28,756 bases of DNA from Octopus sinensis (Eukaryota): contig NW_021833220.1 in assembly GCF_006345805.1 (NCBI RefSeq), positions 1 through 28,756 of the forward strand, read 5' to 3'. The position numbers and the translations under genes were made by a program. The notes below the pieces were generated by a model. It was not told the DNA's origin. It saw only the letters and a program-made list of their open reading frames with translations, and searched no databases. The first letter of the stretch is position 1, and every line of letters begins with the position of its first letter. Shown here one piece after another: positions 13,031-22,807 of the stretch.

Positions 13031-13931
13031 TTATGTTGTTCTGAAAATAATGGCCATTTCAGAAACATAATTTTATTCTGGAAATATTAACAATAGAAAT
13101 GTTCTGGTTAGCTAAAGCATGAGCCGTGAACATCTATGCATCTCTGCCATCGCTCAACGAGATTATTTATACCACGTTGATAAAAAATCTTATCGGTTTT
13201 GATGCTAAGAAATCTTTGAGGGTTGATTCTACGTCTGGTTTGAACCTGAAATTTATTTTTGTCACTTAAAAGCATGTTTAAATGCTTTAAAAGTGGTTGT
13301 GAGTGGGTGAAGGGTCAGGAGAATGTGGAGGGTGTGGTAAAGTCTCGAATCCCAAGTCTGTGAGTTTCTGCAGCGTCATTTTTGCAACATGTGGCTTTGC
13401 GTTATCGTGGAGCATAATTGGGCCACACCGATTCACCAATGCAGGTCTCATTACTTACAAGTGAGCATGCATTTCAGCGAGTTGATTTCAGTAAACCTCT
13501 ACTGTAATGCTCTGATTGGCTTCCAGAAAGCTGCAATGGACAACACCAATTGCAGGCCACCAGAGAGTCACCTTAATCTTTTGCTGATGCAACTTTGGCT
13601 TTGGGAAATGTTTGGAGGATTCATCACGATCAAGCCATTGACCTGATCTTTTACAGTTAACGTAAAGGATCTACTTTCCGTCACAACTGACTATTCGGTC
13701 AAGAAATGTATCATTCGGTGTTTGGCAGAAAGAGCATCAAGCACACTTCAAAACGCCAAACATTTTGATTTTCATTGAGCTTATGCGGTGCCAATTTATC
13801 GAGCTTTTTCACCTTAACAAGCTTTTGCAGATTGCATGAGACCATTGCAATACCAACACCAAGTGCTTGAGACTTTTCTCTGACATTTTGACATGGGTTT
13901 TGTTCAACAATTGCTTTCAATTGTTGTCAAA
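13031..13931 (-). pseudogene. Decayed mariner (DD34D-type, Hsmar1/cecropia-like) with 3' TIR; 5' third missing
   Basis: Translation LKAIVEQNP...KVKKLDKLAPHKLNENQ...FLDRIVSCDGK...HFPKPKLHQQK...LVNRCGPIMLHDNAKPHVA...LPHPPHSPDPSPT...NNLVERWQRCIDVHGSCFS* (stop at 13108). TA plus TTATGTTGTTCTGAAAATAATGGCC at 13029-13055 resembles the mariner TIR TATTAGGTTGGTGCAAAAGTAATTGC. Confidence 0.9.
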
Positions 13932-13952
13932 TATATATGTGTGCGTGTGTAT

Positions 13953-14106
13953 TCCCTTCCTTGGATCTTTCCTTTTCCTATGTTTCTGACGAAGAGCTCC
14001 GCTCGAAACGTTCAATCCTCCTTCTTTCTTTCCTTTCCTGAGCGCCCAATAACACTATACTAGTTCCACGTCCTCGCGTTGTTGTGTTTTGTCTTTGTGT
14101 TTTCAT
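13953..14106 (+). mobile_element. Probable Penelope-like element terminal fragment carrying a hammerhead-like motif
   Basis: Contains CTGACGA-A-GAGC-TCC-GCTC-GAAACGT; bounded by microsatellites and sits where the mariner homology stops. The family assignment is inferred from the motif only. Confidence 0.45.
13982..14016 (+). ncRNA. Minimal type-I hammerhead ribozyme-like motif (possibly degenerate)
   Basis: CUGANGA box 13986-13992, stem II GAGC/GCUC, GAAA 14005-14008, palindromic ACGU stem III, GUU triplet; stem I only partly paired. Confidence 0.45.
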
Positions 14107-14120
14107 GTTTGGATTAGCTT

Positions 14121-14218
<98 letters not shown>

Positions 14219-14597
14219 TATGTGTGTGTACGTGTACGTATATATTCATATATGCGTATATATATGTATATTTGTGTATATATGTATATATATATGTGCA
14301 CTACTAAGATAATTTCATTTTTGTTCAGAGAAAAGAAGCTTGATGGCGTATCGCAATATTTGACCTTTGAAATGCAAGTAAAGTTAATCCGAGGATCTTT
14401 TAAACAGCTTCAGGTTACTCAGTTTTACTAATTTCATGCTGAAGGGTTGGATAAAGCAGAAGCTATGCGAAAGGAAAAATGAAACAGAGAATCCTTTTGT
14501 GAAAATGGTAGGCAGAGGGTTCGAACGTGCAATGCAACCAAGCACAATTTTTTAACAATTCAATCAAATCCGCATTAAGACAATGTGTTACGTGCAT

Positions 14598-14645
<48 letters not shown>

Positions 14646-14745
14646 AGTGTGTGCGTGCGTGTGAGTGTGTGCGTGTGTGTGCGTGTATGTGTGTGTGCGT
14701 GTGTGTATATATATATATATTTGTGTATATATATGTATATATGTG

Positions 14746-14778
<33 letters not shown>

Positions 14779-15975
14779 GTAATATATATATACGTATATA
14801 TCTATATATACGTATATATATATATATTTTATATATATATATATATATATATCTATATATATATATATATATACACATACGTATCTATGTATATATGCGT
14901 ACATATATATGTATGTGTCTGTGTGTATGCGAGTATATCCTAACACACCAATATCATGACACATCACGACGGGCATTCACCCTCATATATATATATACAT
15001 ATATATTGTGAGCACACGCACACACACGTACATACACATACATACTAAAAGATATGCGAGCAGGGACGTACACACGTATATTTACAGACCCAGATACGGA
15101 TGTTGTACAGACATATTTACACGCATACATATAAATATATATGCATACATATGTATATATATATGTATATAGATATATAAATATGTGGGTGTATAACATA
15201 TATGTATGTATTTATACATGGGCAGGTATATATACGTATATATATAAAAAAATATATATATATATATATAAACACACAATTATAAATGTACATCTACTTT
15301 TGCATATATGTATACATGTATATATATATATATATAATATATGTATATATATATAAATAGGCATACATATATATACATATACATACATATATATATATAC
15401 ATATATGCGTGTGTGTGTATATATATATATTTATATATGCATGCATATGTATAAATGCAAACATATAAATATATATTTATATATGTATGTGCGTAGAGTG
15501 TCTGTGTGCGTATGAATGTGCGTGTGTGTATGAACATGTGCTTGCTTACGTATATGACGTCTGGTTGGAACATCAAGAAAATACAGCCGACGTAATCAAG
15601 GAAGGTGTTGAACACATCTTGCAGATCTTTAGATCTCAGGTATGCTTTGTAAGCAGAAATTTTCTCAGTAGACTTCAGTTGTTACTATAACCAGTTTACC
15701 TTTGATGATCGCTGTCGTGATAACAGATAATAGGTCTGCTGATGAACGACGGAGTCATATGTTTGTACTGGAGGAAAAACGAATTAAAGAGAAGAGGTAA
15801 TTCAGCGGTTATATGTATATATATATATATATGTATATATATGTATATGTATGAGTATATATATGTGTATGTATATATATATGTATGTATATATGTATTA
15901 TATTATATATATGTATATATTTATATTATATATAATATATATGTATATATATATTATTATATATATATAATTAAT

Positions 15976-16006
<31 letters not shown>

Positions 16007-16290
16007 CATACGCATGCTCACGAGTGAAAAATTATGTAAGTGTACGTATGCACATGTATGTATGCACACACACATTCACACATACACACACACACACGCA
16101 TATATATATACATTAAAATATATGTACATACATATATACATGTATACATACACACACACATACACACATACATATATATATATATGTGTATATATATAAT
16201 GTATAGACGCATTATATTTCAGAAGGGTTATGTGTGTGTGTGTGTTTGTATGTAAGTGTGCGTGTGTGTGTATGTGCGTGTGTTTGTGTG
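14107..16290. repeat. Extended TA/TG/CA microsatellite field with small unique islands (14300-14590, 15540-15810)
   Basis: Direct inspection. Confidence 0.9.
15700..15767 (-). CDS. Candidate exon (68 nt to donor aag|gtaaac, or 218 nt to tac|gtaagc at 15550)
   Basis: Strong acceptor cctcttctctttaattcgtttttcctccag|; the phase-1 frame reads VQTYDSVVHQQTYYLLSRQRSSK and is compatible with the exon at 21662-21736. Confidence 0.35.
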
Positions 16291-16610
16291 TATCCATTTC
16301 CATCTACCTATTACTATAGCCTATCTTCTTTCTCATCATGCATGTTCTATACCCAACGGCGATGCTATCACCATATCATCGTGTTCGTCGTGATCATCCT
16401 CATCATCATCATCTTCCTCATCACTGCTGTCGTCCTCATCGTCGTTGTCAGCATTTTCATTTCGGATCTAAAAACGCATACAACGGCAATGCGAAATTTA
16501 GTTTGAGTAAGCGAGAGGAAAATGTTGCAAATTATATTAAATACATTCACACATGCAAAAAAAACAAAAAACATGACATACGGTAATACATATTGAGAAA
16601 CGTACACGTG

Positions 16611-17640
16611 TAATATTTTCTATCTGCTACATGTTTCTGTCATGTGTGCGTCGACCAAATCGTTCCCTGTACTGAACTTTCATAAGGCTAGGACTTACTC
16701 ATCTCTTTTCTTCGCCGAAATGCTAGGCTACGGAGACGTAATGAAAATATATAATATATAATATAATATAATATATAATATTTTCTATCTGCTACATGTT
16801 TCTGTCATGTGTGCGTCGACCAAATCGTTCCCTGTACTGAACTTTCATAAGGCTAGGACTTACTCATCTCTTTTCTTCGCCGAAATGCTAGGCTACAGAG
16901 ACGTAATGAAAATATATAATATATAATATATAATATAATATAATATATAATATTTTCTATCAGGACATGTTTCTGCCATGTGTGCGTCGACCAAATCGTT
17001 CCCTGTACTGAACTTTCATAAGGCTAGGACTTACTCATTTCTTTTCTTCGCCGAAATGCTAGGCTACAGAGACGTAATGAAAATATATAATATATAATAT
17101 ATAATATAATATAATATATAATATTTTCTATCAGGACATGTTTCTGTCATGTGTGCGTCGACCAAATCGTTCCCTGTACTGAACTTTCATAAGGCTAGGA
17201 CTTACTCATCTCTTTTCTTCGCCGAAATGCTAGGCTACAGAGACGTAATGAAAATATATAATATATAATATATAATATAATATAATATATAATATTTTCT
17301 ATCAGGACATGTTTCTGCCATGTGTGCGTCGACCAAATCGTTCCCTGTACTGAACTTTCATAAGGCTAGGACTTACTCATTTCTTTTCTTCGCCGAAATG
17401 CTAGGCTACAGAGACGTAATGAAAATATATAATATATAATATAATATAATATATAATATTTTCTATCTGAACATGTTTCTGCCATGTGTGCGTCGGTCAA
17501 ATTGTTCCCTGTACTTAACTTTCATAAGGCTAGGACTTACTCATTTCTTTTCTTCGCCGAACTGCTAGGCTACAGAGACGTAATCAAACCAACACTGGTT
17601 ATCAAGCGGCGATAGGGCACAAACAGAAAGACACACACAC
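16611..17640 (-). repeat. Tandem array of six 164-172-bp units derived from the SINE A 3' body
   Basis: Unit starts (ttttctatc) at 16616, 16781, 16953, 17124, 17295 and 17459; the last unit runs on into the SINE continuation (aacactggttatcaagcg...acaaacagaaagacacac). Confidence 0.9.
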
Positions 17641-17644
17641 ACAT

Positions 17645-17648
17645 ATGC

Positions 17649-17743
<95 letters not shown>

Positions 17744-17758
17744 CCTATCTACCTATCT
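17645..17758. repeat. (TATC)n
   Basis: Direct inspection; abuts a LINE fragment. Confidence 0.95.
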
Positions 17759-18083
17759 GACGAAGCCACCTTGAGCATGATCCTATGAACCGTAAAAATT
17801 TTAATACAGAGAGTTACTTATTTGTAAATAAATATTAATATGTGACGTAATTGCCCGAGGTTACTCTGGTCTTTTCGTAGGGTTTTCTTTCCACAGATAA
17901 ACCTCCCCATTTCTTGGGAACTTTTTGTACTATTTCGACATTTTTTGCATATATTCTCAACGATTTCGATCCATTTTGATCGTTGTCCCTTTTCTTCTTC
18001 GCCCGCCCCCCTCTGAAAAGAAAAAAACTATATTGTAATTGTCCCCTCTGTATTTAGCCTTGTGAGGCCAATAAAGAAATTAT
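17759..18083 (+). mobile_element. 5'-truncated 3' end of the Tx1-like LINE
   Basis: Starts gacgaagccaccttgagcatgatcctatga (ORF2 end DEATLS..*) directly after a long (TATC)n; ends ccaataaagaaat followed by tatctatc. Confidence 0.8.
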
Positions 18084-18109
18084 ATATCTATCTATCTATC
18101 TATATATCT

Positions 18110-18452
18110 ATAAATGTGTTAACATGTGACATTATTGACAAAGGTTACCGTGGTCTTTCCGTAGGCTTTTCTTTCCACGGATAAACATTATCAGTTTCCC
18201 CCTTTACACTTTACATCATGACATCTCTGTGATACTCGATCCCTAATGATCGTTTTTTTTGTTTTCCTTTCTTTTTTCTTTCGTTCTTTCTTTTTTTACG
18301 ATCCCTTTTAATCGAAAACCTACCCCCTTTTATTTTTTAAATTTTATATTTTAAATTTTTTTAATTATTTTTTCTCCCCCAAAAGAAAAGAAGATCTACT
18401 TTGTAATTTGTCCCTTCTGTGTTCAGATCTGTGTGGCTAATAAAGAAACATA
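18110..18452 (+). mobile_element. Second tandem 3' end of the Tx1-like LINE
   Basis: taaatgtgttaacatgtgacatt...ggttaccgtggtctttccgtaggc...gtggctaataaagaaacata followed by tctatccatc; matches the reverse complement of 12055-12345 and 22411-22740. Confidence 0.85.
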
Positions 18453-18819
18453 TCTATCCATCTGTTTGTCTCTCTGTCTGTCTTCCCTTGTTCTCTCTTG
18501 TACTTGAACATTCTAATCTTCCCCCAACTTCCCCCACCATAACCATTCCTCAAGTGCTATGCTTGTTATATCTAGAAATGGCTCTGACAAAACTAGCGTT
18601 AATTTTCTTAGGCCGCTCAATTTGCCTCAGTTGAGTAATAGACCAATTGAGATAATATATCAGTTATGCCCTTATAATAATGAATACTGGAAACAGCTGT
18701 AAGCCAAATTTGCTCAAATAAAGGAATTATATGTAATGACCACTATTTTAAACTTGTTTCTGATATATATATATGTGTGTGTGTGTGTATGTGTGTGTGT
18801 GTGTGCGTGTGTGTAGGTG

Positions 18820-19005
18820 TAGAAGTGGCTGTGTGGTAAGTAGCTTGCTTACCAAGCACATGGTTCCGGGTTCAGTTCCACTGCGTGGCACTTTGCGCAA
18901 GTGTCTTCTGCTATAGCCTCGGGCCGACCAAAGCCTTGTGAGTAGATTTGGTCAATTTCACGCCCGTCGTATATATGCATATGTATATATATATATATAT
19001 ATATA

Positions 19006-19059
<54 letters not shown>

Positions 19060-19306
19060 GTGTGTGCGTGCGTGTGTGTGTCTGTGTGTGTTTGTGTGTC
19101 TGTGTTTGTCCCCCCCAACATCGCTTGGCAACCAATGCTGGGCCGTTTACGTCCCCGTAACTTAGTGGTTCGGCAAAAGAGACCGACAGAATAAGTACCA
19201 GGCTCACAAACAATAAGTCCTGGGGTCGATTTGCTCGACTAAAGGCGGTGATCCACCATGGCCGCAGTCAAATGACTGAAACAAGTAAAAGACAGAGAGT
19301 AAAAGA
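18820..19306 (+). mobile_element. Full-length SINE family A
   Basis: Head agtggctgtgtggtaagtagc, CORE-like segment, (TA)n(TG)n about 18969-19105, 3' body ending gaaacaagtaaaagacagagagtaaaagag. Confidence 0.9.
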
Positions 19307-19862
19307 GAAAGAGATACAAGATAAAACGGTAAGGAGTGTATAAAGTCATTGATGACAGAAAAACAGTTTGATGACATTTTATTCAGCAATAAGAAAATTC
19401 AAGCAATCGCGACAAATTGTTTGTAACTCAAAATATGTAGTTATTATATCTAATAACAAATGAATTACATATATGGCTGCTTTAATGCAAAATACAGACA
19501 TGTAAGTAATATATTCATTGTTAAATATAATAATACACGTTATCTACATGTTTATGTTACGAAACAATTTGTCGTGATATTTGAATTTCTTATTGTTAAA
19601 TAAAATTTCAGCAAACTATATATTGTTGGAGTCCCATGCTGATGAAGAAAATAGTTGGGTAAAGTATAATTCTATATTCTTTATACCGATCTAATTCCGA
19701 AACGCGTACATGGGTGACCAGATATAAATTAATTTTCGTTAAGTATTTTGGTTTTTCTGGGAGTCCCTTTTTAAAGTAGAAGAAATAACTAAGGCTTTTT
19801 GGCTGCTATTTCTAAATTTCGGTATGTGGTAAAGCAATTCTTTGCTGAACCCTAATTATAAA

Positions 19863-19898
<36 letters not shown>

Positions 19899-20292
19899 CT
19901 AGCAGTATCGCCCGGTGTTGCTCGGGTTTGTTTCGACCCTTTATAGAATTGGAACTATTAAAAAGTAAAAATTTTGCATTATGTAGCTTGTTATTCTCTT
20001 TAAGTGAACATTTTTCTGATTGAGATACACAGAAAAATGTTGACACAGCAGTCAAAAAATTGTAAAAAATAAGGATTTGCATTGAAAAAAAGCACCTTTT
20101 TGTTGTAAATAATTTTTCGTATTAACATGGTTCGATTTGAATTGTTTCTTCTACGGAAGGAAGAGCAAGCATTCTTCTATCATACTTTCAATTTTGGAAA
20201 AACTTACGCCGCAGGGTCTCGCATGAGATAGTGTTAGTTGAAGGCTACCAAACCTACCATACACAGACAACTTCAGCTTTATATATATATAC
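19899..20292 (-). mobile_element. Short non-autonomous Helitron
   Basis: On the minus strand the 3' end reads CCCGAGCAACACCGGG hairpin (19926-19911), 8 nt, then CTAG|T; the 5' end reads tatatatataaagctgaagttgtctgtg, with the canonical TC not intact. Confidence 0.6.
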
Positions 20293-20556
20293 ATATATAT
20301 ATGGAAAACAAGTCAAGATAGAAAATGCTAAAATGATTTTATAAAAAAAACATTTCAGTACCTGTTTCTGTCATTGAGTCTTTTGCAACTGCAAGTATGG
20401 AAAACAATTAAATTTTGGAATAATTAAAAGAAAAGTTTTTTAAAATATATTTGCATAGTGTTCAAATACAAGTATCATTTTCCTTGTTTGTGCCTGTCTC
20501 TGTCTTTCTTGTTTACTCTTGTGGGTTCGAGGTCGTTGTGAATTCTTGGTAGGGAC

Positions 20557-20628
20557 GAAGAAGTAGAAGAAGAAGAAGAAGAAGAAGAAGAAGAAGAAGA
20601 AGAAGAAGAAGAAGAAGAAGAAGAAGAA
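20557..20628. repeat. (GAA)n trinucleotide repeat
   Basis: Direct inspection. Confidence 0.95.
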
Positions 20629-20737
20629 TGTGGGAGTGTCATGGCATTAGTATGTTGAATGGTAAACAACCCCGGAAATGACCCGCTGTGGATGGTATAT
20701 ATATATATATATATATGTTTTTGTATATATATAATAG

Positions 20738-20770
<33 letters not shown>

Positions 20771-21413
20771 CATCATCATCATCATCATCATTTAGCGTCC
20801 GCTTTCCATGCTAGCATGGGTTGGACGGGTCAACTGGGGTCTGTGAAGCTGAAAGGCTTCGTCAGGCCCAGTCAGATCTGGCAGTGTTTCTACGGCTGGA
20901 TGCCCTTCCTAACGCCAACCACTCCGCGAGTGTAGTGGGTGTTTTTTACGTGCACCTGCACAGGAGCCAGACAGAGCTGGCAAACGGCCACGAACGGACG
21001 GTGCTTTTACGTGTCACCGGCACGGGGGCCAGCCGAGGCTGGCAACGAACACGAACGGATGGTGCTTTTACGTGCCACCGACACGGGGCCAGACAGAGCT
21101 GGCAAACGGCCACGAACGGACGGTGCTTTTACGTGTCACCGGCACGGGGGCCAGCCGAGGCTGGCAACGGCCACGAACGGATGGTGCTTTTACGTGTCAC
21201 CGGCGCGGGGCCAGGTGATGCTGGCAACGGACACGAACGGATGGTGCTTTTACGTGCCACCGACACGGGGCCAGACAGAGCTGGCAAACGGCCACGAACG
21301 GACGGTGCTTTACGTGTCACCGGCACGGGGGCCAGCGAGGCTGACAACGAACACGAACGGATGGCGCTTTTACGTGCCACCGACACGGGGCCAGACAGAG
21401 CTGGCAAACGGCC
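20771..21413 (-). mobile_element. Retroposon 3' fragment with (ATG)n tail and internal GC-rich tandem array
   Basis: Sense strand ggttggcgttaggaagggcatccagccgtag...CCATGCTAGCATGG palindrome (20806-20819)...gacgctaaatgatgatgatg. An RTE-like tail is inferred, not demonstrated. Confidence 0.6.
20939..21413. repeat. GC-rich minisatellite, eight ~60-bp units of two alternating types
   Basis: Units begin (g)gtgcttttacgtg; order A B A B B' A B A. Confidence 0.9.
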
Positions 21414-21423
21414 AATATATATA

Positions 21424-21467
<44 letters not shown>

Positions 21468-21661
21468 ATGTATATATATATATATATATATGTGTATATA
21501 TATATTTGTATATTGTATATATATAACATATGTAAATATATATAAATGTATGTACATGCGGAGTGCGTCTACGAGTAGAAAAGCGTAAGCAACGCGTGTC
21601 TACACTGGTCTCATTTGATAAGGAGAGATCAATAAAAAAAGAACCAAAGTGAAATAATTAC

Positions 21662-21736
21662 CAGACAAAATAGTGGGATCGATACGATCAAAAAGTTCCC
21701 TCGCGGGCAATGACACACTATAGCCGTGTCCAAAGA
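21662..21736 (-). CDS. Candidate 75-nt internal coding exon of an unidentified host gene (xFGHGYSVSLPARELFDRIDPTILSx)
   Basis: Acceptor ctaatttctctaaattcag| and donor ctg|gtaatt; open in the phase1-phase1 frame; a unique-sequence island among microsatellites. No family recognised. Confidence 0.4.
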
Positions 21737-21763
21737 CTGAATTTAGAGAAATTAGACATAGAT

Positions 21764-21829
<66 letters not shown>

Positions 21830-22289
21830 TATCTGTGTGCGTGTGTGCATATGTCTCGGAGTAAGTATGTATATATATTTATATACATGTATATGTATAT
21901 ATATATATATATATAATACATATATACATATATATTATGTATATATATCAATATATATATATATATGCATATATATATATATATATACGTACATTCGCAC
22001 ATATATTGATAAATACGTATGTATATAATATATATCTTTCTATCTATCTATCTATCTATCTATCTACATCTATCTACACTATCTATCTATCTATCTATCT
22101 ATCTCATCTATCTATCCATCTATCTATCAATCTCTCTTCTCTCTCTTCTCTCTATATATATATATATTATATATTATATATAACATATGCACGCACATAC
22201 AAACACGCATAGAAATATATATATATAGATAAATTTATTCTGTAGATACCTGTATATAGATGTTTCAAAATAGCTACGTAGATAGTTAC

Positions 22290-22322
22290 ATAGCTAGTCA
22301 GATAGCTAGCTAGCTAGCTCGC

Positions 22323-22410
<88 letters not shown>
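22290..22410. repeat. (TAGC)n-(GATA)n at the LINE 3' junction
   Basis: Direct inspection. Confidence 0.95.
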
Positions 22411-22412
<2 letters not shown>

Positions 22413-22807
22413 TGTTTCTTTATTAGCCACACAGGGCTGCACACAGATAGAACAAATTACAAGGTAGAGCTTTTCTTTTGAAGGTTTAAAAAAAAAAAAG
22501 GAAGGGGGAAGGGGGAGTTTCGATCAAAAGGGATCGTAAAAGGAGAGAAAGGACAAAAAAAAGGGGGGGTTAAAAAAAAAAAAAAAAAAAAAGGGGGAGA
22601 GGAAAAAAAATTGATCAATAGGGATCGTTATCACAGAAATGTCAATATGAAGTGTAAAGGGGGAGGACAGGTGAGGTTTACCCGTGGAAAGAAAAGCCTA
22701 CGGAAAAGACCACGGTAACCTCGGTCAATGAAGTCACATTTTTATATTTCTTTTTTTTTTTTTTTTTTTTTGGCAAATAAGCAACTCTCTGTTTTCGATT
22801 TCTGGGT

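Noticed and set aside
14300-14590. Possible mariner N-terminal fragment or exon on the plus strand
   Set aside because: Only vague resemblance, with multiple stops; wrong strand to complete the adjacent mariner.
16330-16460. His-rich or hydrophobic ORFs
   Set aside because: Degenerate (CAT)n trinucleotide tract.
16611-17584. Possible CRISPR array or tandem ncRNA genes
   Set aside because: Whole units are repeated and derive from a SINE body; no spacers or RNA-gene structure.
17756-17785. CTGACGA as a second hammerhead core (also on the minus strand near 20866)
   Set aside because: No stem II or GAAA box follows; the first is a chance junction of TATC repeat and LINE sequence.
20475-20669. 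Poly-Ser ORF
   Set aside because: Produced by the (GAA)n microsatellite.
20939-21413. CRISPR-like appearance (periodic palindromic repeats)
   Set aside because: No unique spacers, no cas genes, eukaryotic context.
20821-21588. 255-aa and 175-aa ORFs over the 60-bp array
   Set aside because: Openness is explained by a GC-rich tandem repeat; the ORFs start in a retroposon and end in (TA)n.
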